Assembly: GCF_006345805.1 (NCBI RefSeq)
Contig: NC_043024.1
Span: forward strand, 15,190,001 to 15,254,000
DNA length: 64,000 nucleotides
From: Octopus sinensis
Lineage: Eukaryota
Direction: 5' to 3'
The position numbers and the translations under genes are program-made. Below the pieces are notes generated by a model. It ran no database searches, was not told the DNA's origin, and was given only the letters and a program-made list of their open reading frames with translations. How positions within the stretch are numbered: the first letter of the stretch is position 1; each line of letters starts with the position of its first letter. Positions 11,099 through 24,099 of this stretch are shown here, piece after piece.

Positions 11099-11790
11099 GT
11101 TGTTTAGTACCAGGTTAGTCCTGATAACAGATATTTCAGAAATATGATCAAAGACGTTCCAGAAATGACCATCACCTCAGTTATTCATTGCTGTTGTTTG
11201 GTCCCAGTTTAGTCTTGATAACAGATATTCCAGAAATATGATCAAAGACGTTCCAGATATGACCATCACCTCTGTTATTCATTGCTATTGTTGTTTAGTC
11301 CCAGGTTAGTCCTGATCATGGATGTTCCAGAAACATGATCAAAGACGTTCCAAATATGACCATCACCTCTGTTATTCATTGCTGTTGTTTATTTTCAGGT
11401 TAATCCTGATCACGTATGTTCCAGAAATATGACTGAAGACATTCCAGATATGGCCATCTCCTCTGTTATTCATTGCTGTTGTTGTTTAGTCTCAGATTAG
11501 TCCTGATCATAGATGTTCTGGATATGACCATCCCCTCTTTGATTCAGATATAATGTATCTAGGACTACCCATCTTCCCTTTCAGTTATTGTTTAACCCCA
11601 GGTCAGCCAAATAGGCCTTATGATCAAAGATGTTCCAGCTGTGACCATCCCAACTTTTATTCAAACCTAGAACTACATTGTATGATGTCTTTCCTTCTAG
11701 TTATTGTTTAGCCCAAGGTCAGTAACAATCAAGCAGACCTATAATCAAAGATGTTACAGCTATGATCATTTCGACTTTTATTCAAACCTA
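11099..11790. repeat. ~95-bp tandem repeat (4-5 units plus two longer variants)
   Basis: Unit starts at ~11101, 11195, 11292, 11386, 11483; core atatgatcaaagacgttccaga.atgaccatcacctctgttattcattgct. Confidence 0.85.
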
Positions 11791-11984
11791 GTGGTGATGG
11801 TGGTGGTAGAAGTGATGATGGCGATGTTCATAGTGATGATGATGATCATGATGATTCTGATCAGGATGAGGGTGATTATGATGATGACAATGGTGGTGAT
11901 GATGATGGAAACAGCGGCCATGACAGAGATGGTTTTAGAAATGAGAATGATGACAACAGTGATAATTATTTCTTCATTGCCCAC

Positions 11985-12170
11985 AGGGGGTAAATATAAT
12001 GGGGACAAACAAGGACAGACAAAGGAATTAAGTCGATTACATCGACCTCAGTGTGTAACTGGTACTTATTTAATCAACCCTGAAAGGATGAAAAGCAAAA
12101 GTTGGCCTCGGTAGAATTTGAACTCAGAACGTTTCACCTGGCATACTAACAATTCTTCCAGCTCACCGCC
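11985..12170 (-). mobile_element. tRNA-derived CORE-like SINE
   Basis: Minus strand ggcggtgagctgg..gttctgagttcaaattctaccgaggcc..gcttttcatcctttcagggttgattaaataagtaccagt; fragments also near 32340, 32700, 39700, 47900, 60280. Confidence 0.7.
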
Positions 12171-12476
12171 CTGACAACAGTGATAATGATGATGAGGACA
12201 AGTGATGATCAAAGTAATGATGATGATGATGATGATGATAATGATGATGATGGCTGATGTTACTAACAGACGAAATTACCCAAAATTCTACATACCTCCA
12301 TCACTGCCCAAACCATGATTGCTAAAGCAATCTAAAAAAAACACTAAATAGGTATCTACCATTTATTCCCCTCCCACTCTGTAGATGCCTCTCATTCATC
12401 TCTTCCCCTGTAGAGGTATCTACCATCTATTCCCTCCCACTCTACTGGGTGTTTATCATTCCTCTCCTCCCACAAT

Positions 12477-15150
12477 ATGTAGATCTCGTTCTACCCCTCC
12501 CATTTTATGTAGGTGTTTATCATTCCTCTCCTCCCACAATATGTAGGTCTCATTTCACCCCTCCCATTTTATGTAGGTGTTTATCATTCCTCTCCTCCCA
12601 CAATATGTAGATCTCGTTTCACCCCTCCCATTTTATGTAGGTGTTTATCATTCCTCTCCTCCCACAATATGTAGATCTCATTTCACCCCTCCCATTTTAT
12701 GTAGGTGTTTATCATTCCTCTCCTCCCACAATATGTAGATCTCATTTCACCCCTCCCATTTTATGTAGGTGTTTATCATTCCTCTCCTCCCACAATATGT
12801 AGATCTCGTTCTACCCCTCCCATTTGATGTAGGTGTTTATCATTCCTCTCCTCCCACAATATGTAGATCTCATTTCACCCCTCCCATTTTATGTAGGTGT
12901 TTATCATTCCTCTCCTCCCACAATATGTAGATCTCGTTCTACCCCTCCCATTTGATGTAGGTGTTTATCATTCCTCTCCTCCCACAATATGTAGGTCTCA
13001 TTCTACCCCTCCCATTTTATGCAGGTGTTTATCATTCCTCTCCTCCCACAATATGTAGGTCTCATTCTACCCCTCCCATTTTATGTAGGTGTTTATCATT
13101 CCTCTCCTCCCACCATATGTAGGTCTCATTTCACCCCTCCCATTTTATGTAGGTGTTTATCATTCCTCTCCTCCCACAATATGAGGTCTCATTCACCCCT
13201 CCCATTTATGTAGGTGTTTATCATTCCTCTCCTCCCACAATATGTAGATCTCGTTTCACCCCTCCCATTTTATGTAGGTGTTTATCATTCCTCTCCTCCC
13301 ACAATATGTAGATCTCGTTCTACCCCTCCCATTTGATGTAGGTGTTTATCATTCCTCTCCTCCCACAATATGTAGATCTCATTTCACCCCTCCCATTTTA
13401 TGTAGGTGTTTATCATTCCTCTCCTCCCACAATATGTAGATCTCATTCTACCCCTCCCATTTTATGTAGGTGTTTATCATTCCTCTCCTCCCACAATATG
13501 TAGATCTCATTCTACCCCTCCCATTTTATGTAGGTGTTTATCATTCCTCTCCTCCCACAATATGTAGATCTCATTTCACCCCTCCCATTTGATGTAGGTG
13601 TTTATCATTCCTCTCCTCCCACAATATGTAGGTCTCATTCTACCCCTCCCATTTTATGTAGGTGTTTATCATTCCTCTCCTCCCACAATATGTAGGTCTC
13701 ATTCTACCCCTCCCATTTTATGTAGGTGTTTATCATTCCTCTCCTCCCACAATATGTAGATCTCATTCTACCCCTCCCATTTGATGTAGGTGTTTATCAT
13801 TCCTCTCCTCCCACCATATGTAGGTCTCATTTCACCCCTCCCATTTTATGTAGGTGTTTATCATTCCTCTCCTCCCACAATATGTAGGTCTCATTTCACC
13901 CCTCCCATTTTATGTAGGTGTTTATCATTCCTCTCCTCCCACAATATGTAGATCTCGTTTCACCCCTCCCATTTTATGTAGGTGTTTATCATTCCTCTCC
14001 TCCCACAATATGTAGATCTCATTTCACCCCTCCCATTTTATGTAGGTGTTTATCATTCCTCTCCTCCCACAATATGTAGGTCTCATTCTACCCCTCCCAT
14101 TTTATGTAGGTGTTTATCATTCCTCTCCTCCCACAATATGTAGGTCTCATTTCACCCCTCCCATTTTATGTAGGTGTTTATCATTCCTCTCCTCCCACAA
14201 TATGTAGGTCTCATTTCACCCCTCCCATTTTATGTAGGTGTTTATCATTCCTCTCCTCCCACAATATGTAGATCTCGTTTCACCCCTCCCATTTTATGTA
14301 GGTGTTTATCATCCTCTCCTCACAATATGTAATCTCGTTCTACCCCTCCCATTTGATGTAGGTGTTTATCATTCCTCTCCTCCCACAATATGTAGATCTC
14401 ATTTCACCCCTCCCTTTTATGTAGGTGTTTATCATTCCTCTCCTCCCACAATATGTAGATCTCATTCTACCCCTCCCATTTTATGTAGTGTTTATCATTC
14501 CTCTCCTCCCACAATATGTAGATCTCTCTTCTACCCCTCCCATTTTATGTAGGTGTTTATCATTCTCTCTCCTCCACAATATGTAGATCTCATTTCACCC
14601 CTCCCATTTGATGTAGGTGTTTATCATTCCTCTCCTCCCACAATATGTGGTCTCATTCACCCCTCCCATTTTATGTAGGTGTTTATCATTCCTCTTCCTC
14701 CCACAATATGTAGGTCTCATTCTACCCCTCCCATTTTATGTAGGTGTTTATCATTCCTCTCCTCCCACAATATGTAGATCTCATTCTACCCCTCCCATTT
14801 GATGTAGGTGTTTATCATTCCTCTCCTCCCACAATATGTAGGTCCTCATTTCACCCCTCCCATTTTATGTAGGTTTTTTGTTTTCCTCCCTCCTCCCACA
14901 TATGTAGGTCTCATTTACCCCTCCCATTTTATGTAGGTGTTTATCATTCCTCTCCTCCCACCATATGTAGGTCTCATTTCACCCCTCCCATTTTATGTAG
15001 GTGTTTATCATTCCTCTCCTCCCACAATATGTAGATCTCGTTCTACCCCTCCCATTTTATGTAGGTGTTTATCATTCCTCTCCTCCCACCATATGTAGGT
15101 CTCATTTCACCCCTCCCATTTGATGTAGCTGTTTTTCATTCCTCTCCTCC
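12477..15150. repeat. 64-bp satellite array, ~42 copies
   Basis: Unit atgtag[g/a]tctc[a/g]tt[tc/ct]acccctcccatt[t/g]atgtaggtgtttatcattcctctcctcccac[a/c]at with starts 12541, 12605, 12669... Confidence 0.97.
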
Positions 15151-15429
15151 CACTTTGTGGAGGTGTATCCTTCTCCCTATCCATTGTGTAAAGGTGTCTA
15201 TCATTCCTTTCTGATCACTGTATCTATCATTCTTTATCTCATGCCATGTGTAGGTGTGTATCATTCACTTCTACCATCTCACTTTGCTTAGATATCTACC
15301 ATTCTTCCTCTTCCACTACATCTATCATTCCCAGCCTTTTGCCATATATAGGCAGGTATTATCTTCTCCCACTATGTGTATCATTCTTCACCTCCACCAT
15401 ATGTTGTTTGTTCCTTCTCGAACCACACC

Positions 15430-15706
15430 TGCCTCATTAAGGGCTGGTTTTCTGGTTTCCTTGGCGTATAGGTTCCCCACCTGGACAGGACGCCGGTCGA
15501 AGGCAGATGAGCTGCAAGATACAGGAGGAAAGAGTGAGAGAAAATTGTGGTGAAAGAGTCAGCAGAAGTTTGCCATTACCTTCTGCCAGAGCCACATGGA
15601 GCTTAGGTGTTTTGCTCATAAACACACATCGCCCAGTCTGAGATTCAAACCTGCGATCCCTCAACTGTGAGTCCACTGCTCTAACCACTAAGCCATGTGC
15701 CTCCAC
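15430..15706 (-). mobile_element. tRNA-derived SINE (family B-related) inserted in the degenerate satellite flank
   Basis: Minus-strand head gtggaggcacatggcttagtggttagagcagtggactcacagttgagggatcgcaggtttgaatctc. Confidence 0.75.
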
Positions 15707-15709
15707 TCC

Positions 15710-16350
15710 ACCATATGTAGCTGTCTATAATTTGTTTCCTGTATCATTCACCTCCACCACTCATAGTAGTGTATCATTCTTCTCTCCCTATGTATTTCTC
15801 TGTCATTCCCCTCCACCATGCATAAGAGTGTATCATTCCTTCCCTCTCTCTATGTATGTATTTCTCTATCATTCATCCCTTCCATCATGGATAGGTGTGT
15901 ATCATTCTTATCATTCATTGCCTCCTTCTTTGTATTTCTCTATCATTTTCCTCCTCCATGCATCAGTGTGTATCATTCCTTCCCTCCATCTATATATCCT
16001 TTTCTCTGCTATTCTCCTCCACCATGCATAGCTGTGTGTCATTCTTATGATTCCTTCCCTCCTTCTTTGTATTTCTCTATCATTCCCCTCCACCACGCAA
16101 ACGTGTCTATCATTTCCCCCCTCCTTCTCTATATTTCTCCATTATTCCCCTCTACCATCCATAGGTGTGTTGTATCATTTCTTCCTTTCCTCTATATATT
16201 TCTCTATCACTTCCCTCCAACATTAACAGGCGTGTATCATTCTTTCCCTATCTTTGCATGCATTCCTCTATCATTCCCATTCACCACACATAGATGTGTA
16301 TCATCCCACCCCTTCCTCTATGCATTTCTCTACCATTGCCGACCACCTCA
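15710..16350. repeat. Degenerate ~32-bp minisatellite related to the 64-bp array
   Basis: Recurring gtgtatcattcct/ctatcatt..ccctccacc motifs. Confidence 0.6.
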
Positions 16351-16739
16351 CACACACCACACTCTCTCTCGGTGTCTTAAATTGATAACAGAGACAAAGA
16401 ATTATAAATAAAAGCAACACATGCAACAGGATTTATTACAGTTTGCGAGAGGTACAACCTACATGCAGTACATAAAATGCAAGACGGTAAAGTCTTAAGG
16501 GCCACCAGCCTCGACAGACTTCACTAAATCTCTATTTTGAATTAATGACAATGAGATGCTCCTCAGAATTGGCAACTTGAAGAATTTAGGTGATTGCCAA
16601 GAAGTTCCAGAATCAGCAATTTTACTAATGGAACTGAACAGTAACGTATTTCTAAAGAGATGTTCTTTATTACTTTGGCTTCAAGAACACTACACGGTGT
16701 GCAAGCATATATGCTATGACACAACACCACACACACATG

Positions 16740-16814
16740 CTATATATTTATGAATGGATATGTATGTATATATATATATATATACACCAACATATGTGTA
16801 TGTATATGTGTATG

Positions 16815-16848
<34 letters not shown>

Positions 16849-16921
16849 ATGTATACGTATATATATATATATATTATATATATATATATATATATATGTA
16901 TACATATATATATGTATATAT

Positions 16922-16952
<31 letters not shown>

Positions 16953-16981
16953 GTATACATATACATACACATATGTTGGTG

Positions 16982-17012
<31 letters not shown>

Positions 17013-17045
17013 ATGTATATATGTATATATATATGTGTGTGTATG

Positions 17046-17079
<34 letters not shown>

Positions 17080-17356
17080 TAAGCACACACACATACATAG
17101 AGACACACATATATCTGTATACACACGCACATATATACAAATACACACACACATATGTTTATATATACATGTACATGCATATACACACACACATTTTAGG
17201 ATACATACACACATACATACACATTCACACATGCATATGTGTGTCTGTGTGTGTAAGTATGTAGATTATGTATATGCATACATATATTTGTGCAGTTATA
17301 AATATATATATATACATACCAGTACTTATATATATATATAAAGATTTACATACATG

Positions 17357-17404
<48 letters not shown>

Positions 17405-17445
17405 TACTATATGTATATACACATATGTGCCTATATACATATATT

Positions 17446-17497
<52 letters not shown>

Positions 17498-17500
17498 GTT
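16740..17500. repeat. (TA)n/(TG)n/(CA)n compound microsatellite
   Basis: Directly visible. Confidence 0.9.
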
Positions 17501-17649
17501 CATGTATGTGTGTATTTACACCCACCCACACACATTTAAATTTTACCCTGAATACCCTCAAGTTTTTGAAATATATTTAAAAGGGAAAGAAAAACTGATT
17601 TTTCCTTTCACTTAGTGAAATAAGAATATTTTATTTCTTTGCTCCTCAA

Positions 17650-18003
17650 TTCATCATCATCATCATAGCCATCCTCATCGTCATCATCATTGTCATCGTT
17701 GTGATCATCATCATCTTCATCGCAACAGTTACTATCATCACATCGTCACCACGATTCCCGCTGTTAAAATATCCTGAACATCATAACCATCATCATAATC
17801 ATTGTAATAGTCATCATTGTGATCATCATCATCATCATCATCATCATCACCACAATCAACATCATTCCCCACCACCATCATCATCGTGATTGTCAATATC
17901 ATGGTCATCATCATCACCACAATCATCATTATCATTAACCATCACCATCATCACCATTGCTGTCATCATTGTCTTCCTCCTCCTCCTCATCATCATCATC
18001 ACC

Positions 18004-18034
<31 letters not shown>

Positions 18035-18085
18035 CCATCATCACCATTGCTGTCATCATTGTCCTCCTTCTCCTCCTCCTCCTCC

Positions 18086-18133
<48 letters not shown>

Positions 18134-18188
18134 CCATCATCACCATTGCTGTCATCATTGTCCTCCTCCTCCTCCCCCCTCCTCCTCC

Positions 18189-18219
<31 letters not shown>

Positions 18220-18325
18220 CATCATCACCATCATCACCATTGCTGTCATCATTGTCCTCCTTCTCCTCCTCCTCCTCCTCCTCCTCCTCCTCATCATCAT
18301 CACCATCACCACCATCATCATCCTG
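17650..18325. repeat. (CAT)n/(CCT)n microsatellite with ~90-99-bp higher-order repeat
   Basis: caccattgctgtcatcattgtc at ~17952, 18042, 18141, 18235. Confidence 0.9.
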
Positions 18326-18456
18326 ACACTATTTATTGTTGTTGTTCTTGTTATTTAAAGTAGTTTCTATTTTTAGAGAAGCAATCTGTGGCAATTCTTT
18401 TACACTTAAGAGATTTTCAATCTCACTGAACAGTTTTCTGTAATGTGACATTTGTT

Positions 18457-18493
<37 letters not shown>

Positions 18494-18628
18494 CATGTAC
18501 ACATACACATATCACTTCTCTCTCTCTTATCCCTCCCTCCCTCCCTCCCTCCATCCATCCCTCCCTCCCTCCCTCCATCCATCCATCCACCCATCCATCC
18601 ATCCATCCATCTGATCTATGTATAATAT

Positions 18629-18664
<36 letters not shown>

Positions 18665-18669
<5 letters not shown>

Positions 18670-18810
18670 GCCCAGTGGTTAGGGCAGCGGACTCACTGTT
18701 GTAGGATCACGGTTTTGATTCCCAGACCAGGCGTTGTGAGTGTTTATTGAGTGAAAACATCTAAAGCTCCACGAGGCTCCAGCAGGGCGTGGTGGCAATC
18801 CCTGCCGTAC
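18665..18810 (+). mobile_element. SINE family B head
   Basis: tggcccagtggttagggcagcggactc..ggttttgattcccagaccaggcg. Confidence 0.7.
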
Positions 18811-18869
18811 AAAACGGTGGTGCATCAGCATGGCTGCAGCTCTGAGCTGAAACTAGAAAGAGAATAGGT

Positions 18870-19400
18870 AGTGGGTAGTGATTTTCTTCCCTACGTCAGG
18901 GAGTGATGACCCTGCTTGACACGAGTCCCTGGCTCTGCTGGCTCCGGCTGACAGTACTCGGTATTAGCCCCTATCCAGGGTTATGGAGTGAAGACAACTT
19001 TCAAAGAAATCCAGAGTGGAGCCCCGTAGGTGGTTTAGTGTTCGAGTCGACACTCTTCCGGCAGCTCCTGCAACCAAGCTGGTGCCAAACGTAATGTTCT
19101 GCACTCTTTTGGACTATGGTCGAGAGAGGAAACCTGACGATTGGGCTATCCAGGATTTTCTTACATCTAGTCCAGGCCTGCGTAAAAATGGAGAGGACAT
19201 GAAATGTAAAAACCAGATTGGATTAGTTTATGCACAACTCCATTATCTCCCTAGACAAAAGGACGCCAACAACAATATATTTGCATTCAAGAGTTAAGGA
19301 AGGAGTAGGTAATATCCGGACTACATTAGTTTCATAGCAAGTGGCACCAAGCGAGGTTACTCTTCAAACCAACAGTATCTTGCATTTTATTCACATATAT
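18870..19400 (+). other. GC/CpG-richer segment, possibly the 5' leader of an RTE-clade LINE
   Basis: Layout gaaatccagagtggagcccc..ttccggcagctcctgc..gctggtgccaaac recalls RTE 5' regions from memory; not verified. Confidence 0.3.
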
Positions 19401-19957
19401 GGCAACCCTGCCTGCCTACCATGAAATATAAAACATTTTTTCAGCTTACCATATTTCGATACAGAAAAAATCCACATCCTTCTGCCTCAGTAAACCACTG
19501 CTATTCCTGAAAGTTGTTTTTTATATTTTCTACAGCTTACTAGAAGCTAACATTCTTGCTACACTTTGATCCTTGGATCTTAAAGCTTATATATATATAT
19601 ATGTATATGTTAAATTCAACTTCCAAATTGAAAGTTGAATTCAAGATGAAAGTCAAAGAACAAAGTTTGCTTTAGAAGCGTTGAGATGTATTGAAAGATA
19701 AGGAAATAATTTTATTCTCAAATTCAGGATAATGCTAATAATATAGCATGAACAGGATAAGCTATCCATATTTTGCAGAATAATCTGTTGGCTATATTAT
19801 TAACATTATCTTGTGTTTGAGAATAAAATTATTTCTTTATCTGTATCTTATATATATATAAATATATACATATATTGTCAGTAAAACATAAATCATAAAA
19901 AGAAGAACACTCTAAGTTATAGAGCAGTATATAATATCAATAAAGTTAGATAAAGCC

Positions 19958-20030
19958 GGTTTATGGGATTACCCTGTTTTCATGTCCATAAAGTATTTAG
20001 CTTTACAGCATATCATCAAATCCCAAAACC
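19958..20030 (-). ncRNA. Hammerhead motif family H1, core C3 mutated
   Basis: Minus strand ggttttgggat-TTGATGA-tatgctgtaaagctaaatactttatggacat-GAAAACAGGGTA-atcccataaacc; homologous to 3688-3761. Confidence 0.6.
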
Positions 20031-20176
20031 TGTTGGCTTAATGCCTTTCTAGCAAGTGGTCTCTCTAGAATATGGAGGAGGAAAGGACCTCATTACTCAA
20101 TGTCAACAGCAGGGGATTGTCTCCCTTTGGCTATTGATCCATCAGTGACCTTGTTATCTTGTGGGTTCCAATAAGC

Positions 20177-20500
20177 CAGCAGGAATTTCCTGAAATGGAA
20201 GCACAGTCTGAAGACCTCCATTCTGGAGTTAAGGATGTTCCCCAGATCAAGGGAGTCCTTTAGAATCCTTGCCCATCCCACTATGCATAGTTTACAATGC
20301 TTGGTCCCGTTTATGTAGGGGCCTGGGTTTTCTAGGATCTTCTATGCTATTGTGTATGGAATCCCATCATCTTTCAGCTGCCATACATGGCTGGCTAGTG
20401 ACGTAATGTATCCTCTGTCTGGTATCCTGAAAGAGGGTCTGTGGTTAGAGAGGCATTGTTTGAATATGTTACCAGAGCAACTGATGTATCTCCATGGTTG
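20177..20500 (-). pseudogene. Penelope-like element GIY-YIG endonuclease remnant
   Basis: Manual translation WRYISCSGNIFKQCLSNHRPSF..TSLASHVWQLKDDGIPYTIA*KILENPGPYINGTKHCKLC..(frameshift)ILNSRMEVFRLCFHFRKFLL matches the PLE EN C-terminal pattern. Confidence 0.8.
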
Positions 20501-20954
20501 GGTAGTTGCGGTGCTGTGTGTGTGTTGGTGTTGGCATTGCTGCTACTGCTGTTGTTGGTACTCGTGCTGTTGGTGTTGTTGTTATGGTCATTGTCACTGA
20601 TGGAGGCACTGTCACTGCTGTTATAGATATCATTGGCAATAGCTCTGCTGCTATTTCCGTTAGGGATACTGTCATTGTTGTTGTTGTTATCACTGATGAT
20701 GTTGCTGCCACTGGTTCTGTTCATGTCTCTGCTGCTGCTACTATTAGAACTGTTGAGCCTGCTACTGTAGTAGCCATTGGGAAAGCTGCTGATGTTGCTG
20801 CTGCCATTAGGGATAATGCCTCTCCTTTCTTTTCCAACTGTGGTATCCAAGTTTCTACTATCTAACAAGACATAGGTGGACAGGATAAACTACTTGCATC
20901 AACTTGCTATATAAGCGGGTAGTAACTTTACCTTGGTCTTATTCTAATTATGTT

Positions 20955-21404
20955 ACTCTTTTACTTGTTTCAGTCATTTGACTGTGGCCATGCTGGATTA
21001 CTGCATTTATTTGAGCAAATTGACCCCAGGACTTATTCTTTGTAAGCCTAGTACATATTCTATTGGTCTCTTTTGCTGAACCGCTAAGTTACGGGGACGT
21101 AAACACGCCAGCATCAGTTGTCAAGCGATGTTGGGGAGACAAACACTGACACTCAAACACATACACACACATACATACATATACATACATACATACATAT
21201 ATACACACACATACATATATATATATACATATGCATATATACGATGGGCTTCTTTCAGTTTCTGTCTACCAAATCCACTCACAAGGATTTGGTTGGCCCA
21301 AGGCTATATTAGAAGACACTTACCCAAGGTGCCACACAGTGGGACTAAACCCAGAACTATGTGGTTTGTAAGCAAGCTACTTACCACACAGCCACTCCTA
21401 TGCC
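20955..21404 (-). mobile_element. SINE family A copy
   Basis: Complete layout on the minus strand. Confidence 0.8.
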
Positions 21405-21472
21405 TATATTAAACTTAGTGCAAGTTCTGAAGAGTGCAGTTCGATTTTATCAGTTATTTTTTCAAAGCTATA

Positions 21473-22034
21473 ATGGAAGTGACAAAGGAGCATATTCGGC
21501 ATATTTTGTTTTATGAGTTCAATAAACACAACACAATGGAAAGTGCTTGGAATATTAATGCAGCATATGGGGATCGGATAATAAGCGTAAGCAAGTGTCA
21601 ATGGTAGTTCCAGAAATTCTGAGTTGGAAACTACAACCTAGAAGATGACCCTCATTCTCGAAGATCTGTAGAGCTCGACAAGGACATCCTGCAAACCCTA
21701 GTGGAATAAAATCCCATTGTAACTGTTGAGGAACTAACAGAGAAGCTTGGATTTGGCCATTCAACCATACGTTGGCACCTGTGAGTCATTGGAAAAGTCA
21801 GCAAATTGGGTCACAAACTTTCCAAGACTAATTGCACGCAAAGAGTGAATGTGTTCTCTTCTTTGCTGTCACAATGGAAAAAATATGAATTCTGTAGACA
21901 AGGTCAGAACAATAATGGGGGAGTTTTTTTCATCAGGGTCAAGTGAATTTTGGAAGAGGCACCTTGGAAGTCTACCAGATAGATGGAAGAGCATTGTAGA
22001 AAATAAAGGAGAGTATATTTTAGAAATAAAATAA
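21473..22034 (+). pseudogene. Internally deleted mariner transposase
   Basis: MEVTKEHIRHILFYEFNK..KCQW*FQKF*VGNYNLEDDPHSRRSVEL..LGFGHSTI joined to C-terminal EFWKRHLGSLPDRWKSIVENKGEYI; catalytic core missing. Confidence 0.85.
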
Positions 22035-22059
22035 AAGAAGTATAAAAAACACATTATTT

Positions 22060-22335
22060 ATGGGGTGACCTTGGGATCACCACTACTTTATTATCTCCCC
22101 TTCTTCATAGCCCTCCTGTCTGACCTTATCTATCCAGCCAATGCCATGATTGACCACTAGCCACTAAAGCTTTTTTTTATCCTCTGTTTATTTTCTCATG
22201 TTCCTCTCTGTTGAAGAGCATAGGCTCGAAACATAAAAGACTTTCTCACCTTCTTGAGCATTAAACTAATACACCTGTTTGTTGTTTATACACCTGTCTT
22301 CATGTTTTGTTTTTTTTTTGTAAATTCCAACTATA
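22060..22335 (+). mobile_element. Penelope pLTR-like fragment with CTGTTGA hammerhead variant (family H4)
   Basis: CTGTTGA 22208-22214, gagcataggctc, GAAACATA-aaaga; homologous to 9600-9790. Confidence 0.5.
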
Positions 22336-22398
<63 letters not shown>

Positions 22399-24099
22399 CA
22401 CAAGTTAGGTTGATTGTTCCCAGTTTTCCATGTAGAGAAAAATTACCTCCCTTGGAATCAGATGAGTGTTGGCAACAGGAAAGGTGTTCAACTATAGAAA
22501 ATCTCAGCAAATTCTGTCTAATACTATGCAAGCATAGGAAAACGAATTGCAAATTATGTGATAAATTACATAAAAGTATAGTACATTTTTTATTGCATAC
22601 AAGTGTGTGTATATATATATATAATTTTACATATATGCTTGGCAAAATATGTGAATATATATATGTGTGTGTGTATGTTTGTACATGAGATGTTGTATAT
22701 GTATTTTTTAATTTTTTTTTTATTTTATCTAGTTTCAGCTCACGAGCTGTGGTCATGCTGGGGCACCACCATATATATATTTTGTTTTTATATTAATAAG
22801 GCACTAAAAGAGGATAACTCTCCTCTGACACAATAATATATATATGTATATATATGTTAATTAAATACTTTGTATATTAATATTGAGTATATAATAGTGT
22901 TTTATTTGTGTATATGGTTTATTTCTTGTCATGTTTATATGGGAGATATTTTAAATATATTAAAATATCAGAGATAATTTACATGTATTAAATATGAAAT
23001 ATAAATTTTGTGTGATGTGATAAATAAGTACATAGTGTTTAATGCTTCTAAAGCATTTAATTTTGGATTCTTATCAAAGGGAAAATATATGTGTGTATAT
23101 GTATCTGTGCATGTATACACGTGTGTATATAAATACATATATATGTGTGTGTGTGTACAGTATGTATATATATATGTATGCATACATATATATGTATACA
23201 TACATATATATATATATATACATGCATATTGATATATACATGCATGTACATATAAATACGTATATATATATGTGTGTGTGTATATATATATATACATACA
23301 TACACACACATATATGTGCAAACACACAGATACATGTATATACTTATATATATACACATGTATGCATGTGTATATATGTATGTGTATACATGCATGTATA
23401 TATATATATATAAGTACATGCTTATATATATATATATGTATATATACATGTAAGCACATGCACATATATATATACATGCATATATATATTATATATATAT
23501 ATACATGCATATATGTATATATATATAATAATATATATATATATATAAAACAGTACAATTTCTCCATTACACACACACACACACACATGTATACACACAC
23601 TAGCATACACACACACACACACACACACACACAATAAGAATTGCTCTCTCAACTGATTTTGGGCTTCAATGAAATTTCTTTGTTTAGAATTTAATATTTA
23701 AAGAGATTGGGAAAATATTTATCAGAATCTTCATTTGATGACTTGAAAAAAATACCAAACTTTGCTTCTATAATTGAAAGCTATATAAATGGTGTTTCTA
23801 TTTCTAGAGTTTAGTATTGCTGATTGTAATGGTGTTGTTGTTGCTGTTGCCTGGGCTCCTAACCAATCCTCTTGGAGAAGACCCATGGCCTGTGGTTGCT
23901 TCCCAGTTATGTGCTCTCAGGTTCAGCCCCTCTGACTGTATTGTGTAAGTATTTTCTGCAATATCTTCCAGGTGACCAAAGCCAAATCTTTGTGAAAGGA
24001 TTTCTAAGAAGCTCATGATGTGTGTGTGTGTGTGTGTTTGTACATGTACGCAAAATTATTCTCTAAAAAGACATGCTCTATTTTCTTTCCATTCTTGCC

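Noticed and set aside
12477-15150. CRISPR-like array
   Set aside because: Units are contiguous near-identical 64-mers with no unique spacers, in a eukaryotic context with no cas genes; it is a satellite
16380-16720. Unique segment as a coding exon
   Set aside because: Only short open frames and weak splice signals; nothing recognisable
17862-18363. His-rich or Asp/Glu-rich protein ORFs
   Set aside because: Open in several frames on both strands because (CAT)n/(CCT)n lack stops in most frames; no non-repetitive coding context
20395-20868. 157-aa Ser/Asn-rich ORF as a host gene
   Set aside because: Low-complexity, open in several frames and contiguous with a Penelope endonuclease remnant
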